Shown: one piece after another, positions 23,952-35,100 of the stretch | How positions within the stretch are numbered: the first letter of the stretch is position 1 | Layout: the number at the start of each line of letters is the position of its first letter | Origin: Podarcis filfolensis | Taxonomy: Eukaryota | NCBI GenBank assembly: GCA_964270895.1 | Contig: OZ185437.1 | Direction: 5' to 3' (one strand) | DNA: 64,000 bases | Notes under the pieces: model-generated | Database searches by the model: none | The model's input: the letters and a program-made list of their open reading frames with translations, nothing else | Told to the model about the DNA's origin: nothing | Made by a program: the position numbers and the translations under genes

Positions 23952-24059
23952 GCAGGACCCTGGGCCCAACTAGATGATCTGATGGTGGCGGCCTCTTCTC
24001 TTACACAATTGGGTTGGCACTAATTCCCTATTAAGTAAAACACAGAAGATTTAAAAGGC

Positions 24060-24684
24060 TGTTAACGGAGAAATCTGAGGGCTCCCTTGGACAAAAAAAC
24101 AAGGACACCAGCCAGGAATGCCAGAGCAAAACAGCAGCTGGTAGGCTTGGTCTTTATTGAAAACTGTTGCAACAGGACTCCCACCTGCCACCAGGTGAAA
24201 CAAGATGGAAGCCCAGAACAAAAGAAGACCCCAACTTTTATTAGCTACTAATCCCCCAAACTACACCCCTAAAACTACATCACAACTACATCATTGATAC
24301 ATCACAAAAAGGAGGGGTTGAGGGAGGAGTTGTGGTGGTAACCTGAGTATTCTGCCACCTGGCTGGTTCCTCCTTTCCCCCTCCCCATGAATACTTTCCA
24401 GAGGACAAAGGGGAGTTTGCAGTTTCTTGTCCCCAGAGGGAAGAGCTGATCACTGTCCTTTGTTTCAGTCCATGCTGAATCCACTCCTATATGCAGGTTC
24501 TTTGTGAGCGTGGTGGTCTTCTGTCTAGGACCATCAAGGTTGGCATGCCAACTGGGTAGGGCTCCTGCGGACGTGTTGGTACATTCAAGGAAGTTTCATT
24601 AAATGAAGCATTGCGTATGTCATGTGTGAGTGTGTGTGTGTGTTGTGTTTGTACAAACTGAATGATTGGAGGGTTCCTGCAACA
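24060..24684 (-). mobile_element. Solo LTR (625 bp)
   Basis: TGTT...AACA termini, 4-bp TSD AGGC on both sides, AATAAA on the minus strand (tttatt near 24153). Confidence 0.8.
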
Positions 24685-24850
24685 AGGCCACATAGGCTGA
24701 AACCTCCTCCCACTGTACTCTCACATTCAGAAGCATTTCCTCCCAGCCATTTTTCTCCCTGTGAGGCAACATAACAACTGCTGGGAGTTGGGTAGATGGG
24801 AAGCATGGGCAAAGGAAGGGTTCGGTTCTTCGCTTCATCGGGTCACGCTA

Positions 24851-25198
24851 GGTAAATGTAAAGGTACCCCTGACCGTTAGGTCCAGTCGTGGACGACTCT
24901 GGGGGTTGCGCGCTCATCTCGCTCTCTAGGCCAAGGGAGCCAGCGTTTGTCTGCAGACAGCTTCCGGGTCATGTGGCCAGCATGACTAAGCCGCTTCTGG
25001 TGAACCAGAGCAGCTCACGGAAACGCCGTTTACCTTCCCACCAGAGCAGTACCTATTTATCTACTTGCACTTAGACGTGCTTTCGAACTGCTAGGTGAGC
25101 AGGAGCTGGGACCGAACAATGGGAGCTCATCGCATCGCGGGGATTTGAACTGCCAATCTTCTAATCAGCAAGCCCTATGCTCTGTGGTTTAGACCACA
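24851..25198 (-). mobile_element. Sauria SINE (Squam1)
   Basis: Same body as the other copies. The extreme 5' end is missing. Confidence 0.92.
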
Positions 25199-25210
25199 AT
25201 TTCTTTCCCC

Positions 25211-25640
25211 TTAGAATCATAGAACTCCTCTTAGTCTCCTCTTTAACAGGCTAAACAGACCCAATTCCCCAAAAGGCTTGGTTTCCAAACCCTTTATTGC
25301 CTTGGTCACCCTCCTCTGCACACATTCCAGATTGTCAATATCCTTACAGTGTGGCGCCCAGAACTGCGACACAGTACTCCAGGTGCGAAGGCAGAATAGG
25401 GTGGTACTATTACTTCTCTTGACCTAGACATTATCCTTCTGTGGATGCAGCCGAGTATGGCATTAGCTTTTTTTTGCTGCTGCATCACACTGTTGACTCA
25501 TGTTAAGCTTGTGGTCTACTAAGACCCCTAGATCCTTTTCACATATACTACTGACAGCCCAGGTGCACTCCATCTTCCTGCCTAAATGTAGCACCTTATA
25601 TTTGTTCCTATTGAAATTCATTTCGTTAGTTTGTAATTTA
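25211..25640 (-). mobile_element. CR1 LINE ORF2 fragment with deletions
   Basis: [29 protein letters not shown] matches CR1 AAKKANxILGCIxRxxxSRxREVIxPLY. Confidence 0.85.
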
Positions 25641-26424
25641 ATTCTATATGCATTTTAATTTAAGGTTAAAAAGAGCAATTATTATTATGATTTTACTATT
25701 TGAATTTATAAACAGAAGGAAATGGTAGACCTGTCAATATAGTGCATCCAAATGCATGAAATTATTGTAGACTGTAAAATCTATGCTGTATGCCTTCATA
25801 GTTAAATGAATGTGTAAAACATTACTTTTTATTGCTCAGAAAACATGTATCAATATGATATTAATAAGTATGCATTGATTTTTGCTGAGGAGAGCACAAG
25901 ATTTATGAAAGCAAGTACTATTGCATGGCAAAAAATTAGAAGAGGGCTTTGCGTCCAATCAATAAAATATTATTTCTTCGAGATCCAGAGACAACTTCCC
26001 CTAACCAATGAAATACTCCCACCTGGAAAAACAAATTGGCCTCTGTATGAATTGAAATACTGTACGCATTTATTAGGGCATTGGAATAGTTGCTTTGCAG
26101 TGAAATTAGAATCATTGGCATGTCAGATATCCTTTTAGGAGGAAAAATCTCAAACACGAGAGCTTGGGTACTTAAGACTTTCCCCACCTGCCATTTTTCC
26201 ACTGGAACTCCTTGCTCCACCTTCTTTCCCCCTTTTCAGCCACCTCTCTGAATTTCCAGGGTTAGGCTTGCATGGATGAGCCCATGGTTTGAATGGGGGA
26301 AGGGGGAGAAATGGGAACGGGAAGAGTCAAATATTACCTGCAACATTCAATTTCCTTGAATGAAACATGCACCATCTTGAAACAGCTTTTATGGATCAAA
26401 AACTGGAGTTTTAGGATGTATTAG

Positions 26425-26790
26425 GTAAAGGTAAAGGTACCCCTGCCCGTACGGGCCAGTCGTGTCCGACTCTAGGGTTGTGCACTCATCTCACTTAAGA
26501 GGCTGGGGGCCAGTGCTGTCTGGAGACACTTCCGGGTCACGTGGCCAGCGTGACGAAGCTGCTCTGGCAAGCCAGCACCAGCACAGCACACGGAAACGCC
26601 GTTTACCTTCCCGCTATAAAGCGGTACCTATTTATCTACTTGCACTTAAGGGTGCTTTCGAACTGCTAGGTGGGCAGGAGCTGGGACCGAAAGACGGGAG
26701 CTCACCCCGCCGCGAGGATTCGAACCGCAGACCATACAATCGGCAAGTCCTAGGCACTGAGGTTTTACCCACAGCGCCACCCGTGTCCCA
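26425..26790 (-). mobile_element. Sauria SINE, distinct subfamily
   Basis: 12-bp TSD AGGATGTATTAG (26413-26424, 26791-26802). Diagnostic differences such as cccgtacgggcc. Confidence 0.93.
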
Positions 26791-26802
26791 AGGATGTATT
26801 AG

Positions 26803-27431
26803 AAGCTGCCTTATACCAGCACAGAACTTTGGTCCATCTAATTCAGTATCCAGTGCTATGATTCTAGGACTCTGGCTGGTGGAGGTTGTCCATAGAATTG
26901 CAGGCAGAACGCTTTCTCACCCCTAGCTGGAGACACCAGGGATTGTACCTGGGACATTTTGTGTGCAGAGCATGTGCTCTGCCATTGAGCTGTATGTTGG
27001 GATTTTGACTACGTGCAGTCTGATGCAGCTTCCCACAGAAGCAATTAAGGAGTTGGCCCAAGGCCAAGAAGACTGAGCAGAGGGAGTTGTTCTTCCTAGA
27101 CATATGGGACCTTGGATACAACTCTGCTATTGTCTGAGGTCTCCACATAGGCATGATGACTCATGACCTTCCTGGATGGTTGGTCAGTATGTGGTTTGAG
27201 AGTTCGTTGGAGTTTGTTCTGTGAGAGAGTTAAGATCCGTGTCTGTATCCTGTATATAGTAACTTGTGAGTCTGCTGTAAATAATAAACCTATAAGTAAC
27301 CAATTTACTGGTAGCAGTGTCTTGTTCCTGCTTCATCCTGCCTGCAACTGACTGCTTCTGGACAGTCTGCATATGCTCTGCTATATTCAACAGGTTCTGG
27401 CTAAGATCCTGCAACATTGTAGACCTTCCCC
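26803..27431 (-). mobile_element. Squam2-type SINE split by a solo LTR (pieces 26803-26994 and 27417-27431)
   Basis: Reverse strand rejoins as ggggaaggtc-tacag-ctcaatggcagagcacatgctctgc... and ends ggtataaggcagcttc. Confidence 0.65.
26995..27416 (+). mobile_element. Solo LTR (422 bp)
   Basis: TGTTG...CAACA termini, 5-bp TSD ctgta/ttgta, AATAAA near 27283. Confidence 0.7.
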
Positions 27432-27436
27432 TAAAG

Positions 27437-27754
27437 CAGGGGTGGAAAACTTCAGGTGAGGGAGACAAATATGGCCTTTCAGCCATTTCCAGCTTAGCTA
27501 TGCTATCCTCTTCCTCTTCCTCTTCCTCTTCCTCTTCCTCTTCCTCCTAGGCCACACCCCTCACCAGACCTGCTCTCCTGAAGTGCTTGTGCCCTTGAAC
27601 TCTAACAATGCAACGTACTATACAAAGCGAAGAGTCACATCTGTTTTTCTGAATATCTTTGCCTCTGGCCACACCAAGCGCTGGCATGCAGCCTTCGGAA
27701 GGATGTCAACAAGGAAACACAGCCCTCAAGTTGAAATAAGATTCCCCATTGCTG
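27437..27754. mobile_element. hAT (Charlie-like) non-autonomous element
   Basis: CAGGGG...CTG ends, 8-bp TSD CCCTAAAG, internal (TCTTCC)n. Confidence 0.8.
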
Positions 27755-28620
27755 CCCTAAAGTGCCGAGCCTCCTTACATGAATTTGCATATCGATGTCA
27801 TTTAGACCTGTAGTGGGGAGAGAAAGTGAGTTAGGATACCACATCCCTAGTTGGAGATAGTTCATCCAAACTGATTGTACTGCAGATTTAATGCCATTAT
27901 GTTTGCTTGACATACCATTAGATATGATTCTTTTTCGTTGTTGCAAGGATATTCTCCTAGATGCCACGTATGTGGTTTTGGAACCAAGCACCCCTAATTA
28001 GCAGAGACCATGAGAATGTATTTCTGGTGGCTGCTGACTAGCTCCTCATATATTTTACAATTAGTTCTCATTAAACATTCATTGGATTTTTCTTGTTAGT
28101 TCTCTTTCTTCTTGTTTGTATGCAGCCTTCCTCAACACAACGGAGCTGTCTTTTCTCTTGGGTCTCCCAAAAAGGGCTTTTAGCATTTTTATGAGACTAA
28201 CTGCTAAGGTTTATTAGTATCAGTTCCCAGACTGCATCCTTCGATGTGAAGTGCTGTTGCCTCTTCAAAATAAAGCTGCTGCCATCTTATTTAGCTTGAA
28301 AGATTTGTTTGAAATGTTCATCCCACGCAGCATGTACCTGATGTGGTCAACAGTTGTTTTTTTTTTTAGTACTAAACACTATTTAGAGACTCGAGCCAAA
28401 ATAAGGAATTACAGAATGGAAAGACTTGAGTGACGGAACAAAGTGAAGAGCTGGTCCAAGACATTTAGGAATCCCCACCACCGCCCATAACTCCTAATGG
28501 GTCAAGTGTGGACACATGATTGCCACCACCCCTACAAGAAATTCAGGACCAACTAAAGAAAGTAGTTCCTCGCATGACGAAGCAATGGAATTTCTTCCCA
28601 CAAGATATGGTAATAGCCGG

Positions 28621-28852
28621 AGTGTCTTAAAAGGGGGATTAGACAGGGGAACAAAGCTACCCATAGCCACCAGCCCTTATGACTATGTTCTGTCTCCATT
28701 GCTGGAGGAAGTATGTCTCTATACTAGTTGTGGGGATGGAGCTATTGTGGTCAAATCCTGCTTGCAGGCTTCTCATAGGCATCTGGCTGGCCACTGTGAG
28801 AACAGACTGCTGGATTAGATGGGACCACTAAAGAGCAAGCTCTTCTTATGCT
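28621..28852 (+). mobile_element. CR1 3' end
   Basis: ggcatctggctggccactgtgagaacagactgctggattagatgg...ctcttcttatg. Confidence 0.7.
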
Positions 28853-29454
28853 GTAATCCACATTATCCTGTTCGCCAGTCGTCTATCCATACACATTCCT
28901 GCAGCATGTTGAGTTGAAACATTGCTTGCCATTTTCCCCCAAACCTGTGAAATTTCTAAATAACATGAAGACAACAGTAGGTCAGATGGATTTTATTTGT
29001 GTCAAATCAACACTTACCTAAAACATATACTGCTTATCTAGGTCCAGGATATTGATTTGGCCTTCAACCTTTCTTTGTTTATCTTTTTTTATGAAGAGGC
29101 CAATTCAGCCACCTCTAGTCATGCTGTGTCATAAACCCTATTATGTTGAACCTGGGTTTAAATGACCCGTTTAGCAGCTCCCTTGTACAGCAATCAAGTA
29201 CAATAGAAACTGCCCTTCTGGACTAACCAAAGAAGAAATGGTCACAAAAACATTCAGTCCTGCTAGGTCTCTCTTTTTGCAACTATCTGCTTAGTAAATT
29301 CTTTTGTATTTTCCTTTGCATTGCATTTCCAGGCAGTAAAGTGAGCTCTTATAATAATTCCCTTCCTATCCCACCTCCAGGTCACATAACAATGTCTGCG
29401 AGTTGAGGATGCTTGTTAATTTTTATTAATTTTTTAAAAATTCAAATGCAAGTA

Positions 29455-29604
29455 TGGGATAACAGGTTGGAGGTGTATAAATTGATGCAGAGTGTGAAGA
29501 AAGTGAACAGAAATGTCCCCCCCCCCATAATGCTAGAACCTGAGATCATTAAAGGAAGCTGAATGACACGAGATTTAGGATGCACCACACTCAGGTTTGG
29601 ACTA
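29455..29604 (+). mobile_element. CR1 remnant
   Basis: gaggtgtataaattgatgcagagtgtgaagaaagtgaacagaaa...gaagctgaatg. Confidence 0.5.
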
Positions 29605-30220
29605 AATCAAATACTTGAGAAAGTTCTTGATGTTGCAGAATACAATGTAAGCTTCATAGCCAAAGCCAAAGAGTCCTGCAGCTATGCCTTGCTCAATAAC
29701 TAAGCACTTTATAAGTTGCTTGGCAAGTCTCCAGAAGGTCGTATCTTCAGCAGGACTCCGGTAGATCTTATATATGCACTGCATGCATAGCTATTTAGAC
29801 CCCCACATGGACAGTGGAGGCTGCTTTAATTATCTTTCTGGAAGAGCACAGCACCCCCTGGCACAGGCCCACTCTTCGCTCCACATGCATACCGTTGCTA
29901 AAATTATCATGGAAATTAGATTTGAACCTACATAACCATCTGAGCAAAATACGAATTAACATTACTGTGGCGAGAGGTGTTATCCATTCAATTTTGCATC
30001 ACATTGCAATCTTCTCATATATGCAGTCATTGTGCTCATTTAGCAATTGCATTCTAAGCCCAGTTGCATATAAAATTTCATCTTCTCCGTTTCCACTTTT
30101 CCAGCACTCGGAGCCAAAGTACACATGTTTTGTGAGATAGGAATCAAGAAATGCAAACAAGCTGGTCAACTAAACCCAACTCATTTGTTCATGAAGTTAC
30201 AGCCGAGAATGTGATATAGC

Positions 30221-30490
30221 GGTAAGAGGAAGGCACGCTTGGCAAATCCACACTGTGATCAACTCCCACCTGGAAAGCTATGTCTCCACTGTGGAAGGAC
30301 GTGTGGATCCAGAATTGGCCTCCACAGTCACTTACGGATTCATTGTTAAAACCGTGTTTATGGAAGACAATCTTACTCGGCTACGAGTGATCGCCAAAGA
30401 AGGAGAACAAGAAGAGAAGGAGGAGGAGGAGGAGGAGGAGGAGGGGGAGAAGAAGAAGAAGAAGAAGAAGCAGCAGCAGCAGCAGCAGCA
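30221..30490 (+). mobile_element. Short 3' copy of the same RTE family with expanded microsatellite tail
   Basis: 30221-30411 aligns to 55362-55545. Confidence 0.85.
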
Positions 30491-30491
30491 G
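30410..30491 (+). repeat. Compound microsatellite (GAG)n(GAA)n(CAG)n
   Basis: Direct reading. Confidence 0.95.
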
Positions 30492-30506
30492 CCAGAGACT
30501 CATTGT

Positions 30507-30588
30507 CTTATCTGAGGAAGGCTTTAGAGAAAAGGCTTTAGAGAAGGCTTTAGAGAAAAAGCTTATCTGAGGAAGGCTTTAGAGAAAA
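30507..30588 (+). repeat. Minisatellite with AGGCTTTAGAGA x4 inside a 26-bp direct repeat
   Basis: Direct reading. Confidence 0.85.
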
Positions 30589-30696
30589 TACTATTTAGAA
30601 GTGCTGCATCTTGTGGGATGCTAGGATGTGTGTGGTTCTTCTGGAAAATTCCAGGATTTGCGAATAAGTTAGACAAGAACGTAATGGGAATATAAT

Positions 30697-30836
30697 AACA
30701 GCCTTGCTGGATCTTGCCAAGCACCCATCTAATCTAGCATCCTGTTCTCACCATGACCAACTCATATCTAGTTGGCCACTGTGAGAACAGGATGCAGGAC
30801 TAGATGGGATTTGGCCTGAGCCCACAGGGGTCTTAT
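30697..30836. mobile_element. Head-to-head pair of CR1 3' ends (fold-back)
   Basis: Arms 30724-30762 and 30770-30808 are imperfect reverse complements. Confidence 0.65.
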
Positions 30837-31050
30837 CAGGAAGGTTTTTGAGAGAAATGGTGGAACTGTTTTGGTACGTAGCTTAGGGATCTATCAAAAG
30901 AGAATGCCCAATGTTGTCCTTCTTCTGAAGTGTTGATACAAATGCCAAGTTTGCTTTTAAAAACCGGAGCATGAATTCTCTGACATGTTAGTGCAAAATT
31001 TCCCTAGGCAATGCAATGCAAATAAGCAAAGCTTTTAGGTTTCACTCCAC

Positions 31051-31390
31051 CTGGCGCTGTGGGTTAAACCACAGAGCCTAGGACTTGCCGATCAGAAGGT
31101 CGGCGGTTCGAATCCCCACGACAGGGTGAGCTCCCGTTGCTCGGTCCCTGCTCCTGCCAACCATCAGTTCGAAAGCATGTCAAAGTGCAAGTAGATAAAT
31201 AGGTACCGCTCCGGCAGGAAGGTAAACGGCGTTTCCGTGCACTGCTCTGGTTTGCCAGAAGCGGCTTAGTCATGCTGGCCACATGACCCGGAAGCTGTAT
31301 GCCGGCTCCCTCGGCCAATAAAGCGAGATGAGTGCCGCAACCCCAGAGTCAGTCATGACTGGACCTAATGGTCAGGGGTCCCTTTACCTT
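31051..31390 (+). mobile_element. Sauria SINE (Squam1)
   Basis: ggcgctgtgggttaaacc...ggtccctttacctt. Confidence 0.93.
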
Positions 31391-32316
31391 ACCACCTGAT
31401 GCTATGCCTGGTTGATCTGAAGTGAGGACCACCATGTCCCAGGAAAATGTGCATAGGATTGTAGCTGAAATTCTATTATCATTTCCATATATCTTTTCTG
31501 CTGATAAATTCACTGGGCTGGTATGATAGTGTCTTAGATATTCTACCAAGGCAGATAAGAGTGCCCCTCTCTGTCAAGGGAGGTGCATAGCAATATGCGT
31601 TTTGCATTATGCATTCCACTAAAAATGAATGCTACGATTCTGCAAAGAGAAACTCAGAGGCTGCAAAGAAAGGGTTGTTTTTGGCTTGCTTAAAGTGCTT
31701 CTCCCTATGAAGGTTCTGTACAAAGCAAATCAAAATAGAGACGGTTTGCATTGATCTTACAAGTGGCTGCCCCCCACCCTTTGCAGTATTTTCAGACTTG
31801 AAATGTCTGCTGCAAGTTCTGTACAGTGGGCCTAAACAGCTACAAGGTAAGACAGTCTGCATTTCTCAAAGCAACCTGTCCTTGCTATACCAACTTGAAT
31901 ATACATGAACAAAGTTAATCGTTTTAGTTGTTCATTTGAATGAAGAACTTCATCTGTCTTTCACTAAGAACTGGTGTGAGGTCTGACACATTGCTAAAAT
32001 GTTAATGCAGTTATTTTAATTAAATAATTCATTTTATTAAAAAAATTTATTAGACACACACATTAGCAGACCATTAACAACTGCATTAATTGGACCACTA
32101 TTGTAAGTTGCTTTAGTGTGTCTACACTATTTATAACAAGACTAATTTCCAAAGCCAGTAGATCAATTCAATCATTACCTAGTGGTAGTCTCTCTTTTAA
32201 TATGTTGCTGAGAGTGCAACATTTTACATGCCTGTCTCCTGCTGTATCCTTTCTATATTGGGGAAATCATGTATCGATATGAATTGCCATATTTCTAGAT
32301 GTACTGCATACCGTTA

Positions 32317-32330
32317 CCGGTAGAGGGCGC
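32317..32330 (+). promoter_or_regulatory. CTCF core motif CCGGTAGAGGGCGC
   Basis: Fits the core C-C-R-S-Y-A-G-R-K-G-G-C-R-S at all 14 positions, in apparently non-TE sequence. Confidence 0.6.
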
Positions 32331-32978
32331 TCATATCCCACAAAATCTCTCCATGGAGGGTTTTTTTTTTTAAATCATTTCCATCCCAATTTGACAAATG
32401 GGCAACATTTTTTTTTTTTAGATTTGCCACGCCACTTTTTAGGCTCACTCATGCTGCAACCAGGCAAATAGCACCATGTGGCCGATAACAATGCAATGTC
32501 ACCAGCTAGCGCTGGTTAATTCAGAAATACCTTTGGAAGGGGAGCCAAAGACTTTGGAAAAGGTGCTAACAGTGTCCATATGCTGCTGCAGTTCCTCCGG
32601 GATTAGCTCTGAGCCAGCCTAGAGAACAGACGGGAGCCTGGCATTTTAACCACCTTCAGATGGAGACAATAATCACTTATTGCATGATATTGGCATATAT
32701 GCACCAAGTGCCACACTTTTCCAATCCAGTGCAAATCTCCTTCTCAGATGCTTTCCTATGGTGTGATGCCAGGGCCCCAGGCAGCATGTGAATGTAGCAA
32801 CTGCTCAGTGACTGAGTGGAGAAAGCCCATTTGCTTAACCCTGTCCACCTGCTTGCTACATTCACACACGCCACAGTGCAGTGTTCAAGGGCAAACCGGA
32901 GAAGCAGAACTGTGAGTGCACATGAAGGTATCTCAGGGAGATCATGAGAAAATAAGACCCGCCTAACTGGGTAAATCG

Positions 32979-33335
32979 GGGACGCGGGTGGCGCTGTGGG
33001 TTAAACCACACAGCTTAGCACTTGCCGATCAGAAGGTTGGCGGTTCGAATCCCTGCAACGGGGTGAGCTCCCATTGCTCGGTCCCTGCTCCTGCCAACCT
33101 AGCAGTTTGAAAGCACATCAAAGTGCAAGTAGATAAATAGGCACCACTCCGGTGGGAAGGTAAACGGCATTTCCGTGCGCTGCTCTGGTTCACCAGAAGC
33201 GGCTTAGTCATGCTGGCCACATGTCCCGGAAGCTGTACGCCGGCTCCCTTGGCCAATAAAGCGAGATGAGCACCGCAACCCCAGAGTTGGCCACGACTGG
33301 ACCTAATTGTCAGGGGTCCCTTTACCTTTACCTTT
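32979..33335 (+). mobile_element. Full-length Sauria SINE
   Basis: 16-bp perfect TSD TAACTGGGTAAATCGG (32964-32979, 33335-33350). Confidence 0.95.
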
Positions 33336-33860
33336 AACTGGGTAAATCGGTACGTTATCTTCCTTAGTTCTGAGTGGGGGGACCATAGAACTGTATACCT
33401 GTGCAAATAATTTGGGGATTTCTGCACAGATCCTTTATTGACACAATTCTGTTTTAGAGAGTATGAATTAACAAGATAGCCCCTCTGAAAACAGTCGGCC
33501 GTAGGGTGCTTCCTGCCCTCCAGCTGCTGCCCTCTGAATTCAACAAACCTAAATAATGAATCAAGGTGTTGAATTCCGATCCTTAATGACAGAGTCTTGG
33601 TCATTGCTTTAATGATTCTCTGCGCTCGCATTCATTTTATGAATTATTCATTGTTCCTTACATTAAACTGCCTTGAAACTGATTTTTATAGGAACGGTGA
33701 GATAAATGCTTATTAAATAACTGTGCTTGCACATTCTTAATGGCAGAAAGCCATAGCTGAATTATCCCCAGATTAGAATGTCTGAGCCACTGCTACCGCT
33801 TCCACTACTAGTAGGGCTACTCTGCACCTTGAATTTATCACGAAACGGCCTCCTGAAACA

Positions 33861-33874
33861 GCTCCAGGTGGCGC
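33861..33874 (+). promoter_or_regulatory. CTCF-like motif GCTCCAGGTGGCGC
   Basis: 12/14 match to CCACCAGGTGGCGC. Confidence 0.45.
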
Positions 33875-34028
33875 CTTCTGTGCATTGCTGCCAAAATGTG
33901 TTATAACATGTCATCGGGTGGACCGTTTTCATTTTGTGGCTGGTGCTGCCACAACAGCACTCTACCCAATGAGCTCTGTGACAGGTTACAACTGTAGTGG
34001 GGAGAAGACACCACCCAGAGGCAGTGCT

Positions 34029-35100
34029 GGGGGCACTGTCATACAGTGGTTCCGCTCCTTCCTCCTGGGCCGTGCCCAGAAAGTGGTGGTGGGGGATGAG
34101 TGTTCAGACCCCTGGGCTCTCACTTGTGGGGTGCCTCAGGGTTCCGTCCTCTCCCCCATGCTTTTTAACATCTACATGAAGCCGCTGGGAGAGATCATCA
34201 GGGGGTTTGGGCTGGGTGTTCATCAGTATGCGGATGATACCCAGCTCTACCTCTCTTTCAAATCAGAACCAGTGAAGGTAGTGAATGTCCTGTGTGAGTG
34301 CCTGGAGGTGGTTGGAGGATGGATGGCGACAAACAGATTGAGGTTGAATCCTGACAAGACAGAAGTACTGTTCTTGGGGGACGGGGTGGGTGGCTCACCA
34401 GTCCTGAATGGGGTAACTGTGCCCCTGAAGGAACAGGTGCGCAGCCTGGGAGTCATTTTGGACTCACAGCTGTCCATGGAGGTGCAGGTCAATTCTGTGC
34501 TCAGGGCAGCTGCCTACCAGCTCCATCTGGTACGCAGGCTGAGACCCTACCTGCCCGTGGACTGTCTCGTCAGAGTGGTGCATGCTCTAGTTATTTCCTG
34601 CTTGGGCTACTGCAATATGCTCTACATGGGGCTACCTTTGAAGGCGACTTGGAAACTACAACTAATCCAGAATGCAGCAGCTAGACTGGTGACTGGGAGT
34701 GGCTGCTGGGACCGTATAACACCAGTCCTAAAGGATCTTCACTGGTTCTTGGTATGTTTCTGAGCACAATTCAGTGTTGATGCTGACCTTTAAAGCCCTA
34801 AATGGCCTTGGCCCAGTATACCTGAAGGAGTGTTTCCACCCCCATTGCTCAGCCCGGACACTGAGGTCCCCTCACTGCGATAAGCAAAGTTACAGGGAAC
34901 CAGGCAGAGGGCCTTCTCGGTGGTGGCGCTCGCCCTGTGGAACACACTCCCTTCAGATGTCAATAAACATCTGGATCTGGAGACACTTGAAGACAGCTCT
35001 GTTTAGGGAAGTTTCTAAGGATTGATGTTTTATTATGTTTTTAGATATGTTATAAGCCGCCCAGATGGACAGGGTATAAATAAAATAATGATGATCATAA
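34029..35100 (+). mobile_element. L2 LINE 3' fragment (RT domain)
   Basis: GVPQGSVLSPMLFNIYM, YADDTQLY, LNPDKTE, LHWFLV motifs and L2 3' tail. Confidence 0.93.

Noticed and set aside
30255-30515. ORF with polyE/polyK/polyQ tract
   Set aside because: Translation of an RTE 3' end plus microsatellite. No splice context.
33029-33631. 200-aa minus-strand ORF
   Set aside because: Mostly antisense reading of a Sauria SINE. The same peptide recurs at other SINE copies.
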